Source of the DNA: an uncultured Bacteroides sp.
GTDB lineage: Bacteria > Bacteroidota > Bacteroidia > Bacteroidales > SM23-62
Assembly (NCBI GenBank): GCA_964477295.1
Contig: CAYZEZ010000002.1
Span: 1 to 45,864 of the forward strand
Direction of reading: 5' to 3'
Length of the DNA stretch: 45,864 bases
Shown piece after piece: positions 43,639 to 45,864 of the stretch. The notes under the pieces were generated by a model, which was not told the origin of the DNA, did no database searches, and saw nothing but the letters and a program-made list of their open reading frames with translations. The translations under genes were made by a program, and so were the position numbers. Positions within the stretch are counted from its first letter, which is position 1. The number at the start of each line of letters is the position of its first letter.

Positions 43639-45837
43639 TTATTCAACCAGTATTTTGCCTTGGTATTCACTATTGCCCCTCAATTCAATAATATAATATC
43701 CGGGCAGTAAATTTTGTTGCTGGATAATGAATGTTTTTGTCTTTATATTTTTCCTCGAAAAGACAACTTTGCCTGTCAGGTCAATAATATCCAGGGTATA
43801 ATTTGTTTCTTCAGGATTTGGACAAACAATGGTTGCCGAGTTTTTTAACGGATTGGGGAATATCGCAATTTGAGTTGGTTTTAATTCACTCATCCCGGCG
43901 GTTTCATCCACATCATTGATTGTAATAGTAAAAATCTCCTCATAGGATAATGGATCTGCCGCATTATCAGTAACCTTTACTCTGAAAGTGTAGCTGTTCT
44001 TATATTCGAAGTCAAATGTCTGATCTGCTAATAATGAATCACCGGTGATCGTAAACCCGGTATTATCATAATCCCCTTCGCCTGAAACCAGTGAATATGT
44101 ATGAACGTCACCGGTATCAATATCCATGACTGCAAATCTTCCTATTAAGTCCCCGATTGCATTATTTTCTGAAATGGATTGATTTGACAACAATATTGAA
44201 GTTGGGGGGTGATTTATTAATCCTTTCAGGCTGATTAATTCTATCCCTGAATCAGTCGCGAGGTTTCGTGAATACTGTTTATCCTGTGAATTGTTCCAGT
44301 GCTCATGAACGCCAAGGCTTTGAAGTCCTTGCTCGCTGTTATTCGGATTATAAATAGTGCCTGAAGGCGGATCGTTTGCCAATGCAGCTTCGTGCATGTA
44401 ATTATCTGTAACTGCTGTCAGGTAAGGATTATTTTCAGCATTCATAAAATCCAGGCAGACAGACTCTATAGCAATCGGATCCTGTGACATAAAAATGCTG
44501 GATGTCCAGTCGTTATTAAATGGTGCTGATTGCCATTTATTTGTATTATCCAGGATTGTACCCTGATGTTTTGCTGCGTAGAGTGCATCAACCATGAAAA
44601 GCAGGGTCTTCTGTCCCAGATCTTTATGTCCGATCAGATCAACGAGGGGATTGTAAGTCCCTGCCAGTCGTGGCTTGAAATCCCACTCTGCATCAAAATA
44701 ATAACTTCGTGTTGCAATATAGGGGTGAAGTCCGGCTCCCTTGGGAGCAAGAAATGTAGGCTCTCCATAGCTGTCGGCGCAAATTGATCCAAGATGATTT
44801 TTTGAGCAAAGAGTTATACCGGCAACCTCGTGGCCTTTAAGATTGGCGATATTGATAATATAATCCGCTCCGGTAACCACGGTAGGGAGATAGGCAGGAT
44901 TACCGCCTCCGGGTTCGGATATTGTAAAATCTTCTGACCAGTTTATTCTGGAATTCACATCCCGTTGGTATTTTTCTATTCCATCTCCTCCACCCCAGTC
45001 AACAAAGTGAATATCAGGAAATTCTTTAAGGCACAATGTATAAACCGGAGAGGCTATGTACCTGGTTACATCATAAAAACTAATGTCATCCTGAGCCACA
45101 CCTGCTTCATAGACAAGCTGGCGGGCAATGGCTAATACCACATGCGGAGAAGCATAGGTCATGTTCCCGTAATTGGTATGCCCTGATCCGGAACAGGTAT
45201 TAAAATTGAGTTTTATGGCGATTTTTTCCCCTGTTTGATATCCCACGTTGCCTTTATCGTGTCTCGTATTGAAGTACCTGAATAATGCAGACCAGGCTTC
45301 TGAATCAGTATCGGCTTCTGTGAGTGAACATAATGATATCGAGACCATTTTATCAATATCATACTGATTATTATAATCATTTGACCACCAATATCCTCGA
45401 CCTTCCCAACTCGTGGCATCAGGATCATGAATCCATACAACTCGTCCCGGGTTGATCCCTTTGGCTATACCAATTGGCTGATTAATGGATTGAGGTTCAA
45501 ATCTGGAATTTAAAACTGAAGCAACTGTTTCTTTGTTTGTCGCCTGGAAATTAACATAAAACAACATAAGGGCAATTAAAATGAGGAGAGTTGCAAGCGG
45601 GTATTTTTTCCTTGACAATAAAGTTTTTGCCCTTCTGAACAGGAAAACAGATGAAAACAAGCTGGTCAGCCAGATCACAAAACCGGCAGCCAACGGATAA
45701 GCCACCTTCATACACGGATAGGTCGCTCTGCTCGGTTTGGGAATAACCCGTACCAAAAACCAGATGAAAGACAGAAAGCCAATAATGGGAATGATAAGCC
45801 TGAACGGTTTTTTCTTTGCTGATATAAGAATTCTCAT
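43639..45837 (-). CDS. DUF362-like domain protein with cadherin-like repeat and T9SS C-terminal sorting domain
   Basis: KIAIKLNFN and ANLKGHEVAGITLCSKNHLG resemble DUF362. FTITGDSLL...FRVKVTDNAADPLSYEEIFTITINDVDE is cadherin-like. C-terminus IAIFPNPLKNSATI...GYYIIELRG is a T9SS CTD. Three N-terminal hydrophobic helices. Confidence 0.72.
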   Translation of the reverse strand: MRILISAKKKPFRLIIPIIGFLSFIWFLVRVIPKPSRATYPCMKVAYPLAAGFVIWLTSLFSSVFLFRRAKTLLSRKKYPLATLLILIALMLFYVNFQATNKETVASVLNSRFEPQSINQPIGIAKGINPGRVVWIHDPDATSWEGRGYWWSNDYNNQYDIDKMVSISLCSLTEADTDSEAWSALFRYFNTRHDKGNVGYQTGEKIAIKLNFNTCSGSGHTNYGNMTYASPHVVLAIARQLVYEAGVAQDDISFYDVTRYIASPVYTLCLKEFPDIHFVDWGGGDGIEKYQRDVNSRINWSEDFTISEPGGGNPAYLPTVVTGADYIINIANLKGHEVAGITLCSKNHLGSICADSYGEPTFLAPKGAGLHPYIATRSYYFDAEWDFKPRLAGTYNPLVDLIGHKDLGQKTLLFMVDALYAAKHQGTILDNTNKWQSAPFNNDWTSSIFMSQDPIAIESVCLDFMNAENNPYLTAVTDNYMHEAALANDPPSGTIYNPNNSEQGLQSLGVHEHWNNSQDKQYSRNLATDSGIELISLKGLINHPPTSILLSNQSISENNAIGDLIGRFAVMDIDTGDVHTYSLVSGEGDYDNTGFTITGDSLLADQTFDFEYKNSYTFRVKVTDNAADPLSYEEIFTITINDVDETAGMSELKPTQIAIFPNPLKNSATIVCPNPEETNYTLDIIDLTGKVVFSRKNIKTKTFIIQQQNLLPGYYIIELRGNSEYQGKILVE

Positions 45838-45864
45838 ATTTCTGTTCTTTTATAAGATTTTCAT

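Overview
This 45.9-kb chromosomal segment has the hallmarks of a Bacteroidota genome. Four proteins end in type-A T9SS sorting domains, several genes carry TAnnTTTG -7 promoter boxes, Shine-Dalgarno sequences are almost absent, and there is an NtrC/sigma-54 regulator plus a double-FtsX permease. I call 37 protein-coding genes (the first, mutS, is cut by the window edge), two tRNAs (Gly-GCC, Leu-TAA), several hairpin terminators and several promoter boxes. I see no rRNA, CRISPR array, transposase, integrase, phage gene or recognisable defence gene. Gene content is mainly housekeeping, envelope and redox: glnII, DEAD-box helicase, HtrA, TrkH/TrkA, MsrBA, an M16 peptidase and two carbohydrate esterases including a CE15. 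I did not find a clear-cut new system. The candidates worth a second look are these. (1) An orphan tetrahaem cytochrome c / Tat-FeS / NrfD membrane module with no catalytic subunit nearby, followed by a DUF2339 protein. (2) A sigma-54 two-component system whose kinase has almost no extracytoplasmic loop, divergent from an ATPase-less double-FtsX permease (Bce-like logic), next to a DUF362-cadherin-T9SS protein with a contradictory topology. (3) A CarH/LitR-type B12 MerR regulator paired with an ECF sigma factor but no carotenoid genes, separated by a 400-nt AT-rich spacer carrying a repeated ATTAAACAA motif. (4) A dispersed palindromic intergenic element whose two copies differ by exactly seven heptamer units, plus other heptamer-periodic arrays in spacers. 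(5) A structured roughly 400-nt non-coding region at 31.5-31.9 kb. All family assignments come from reading motifs by eye; no database search was run.
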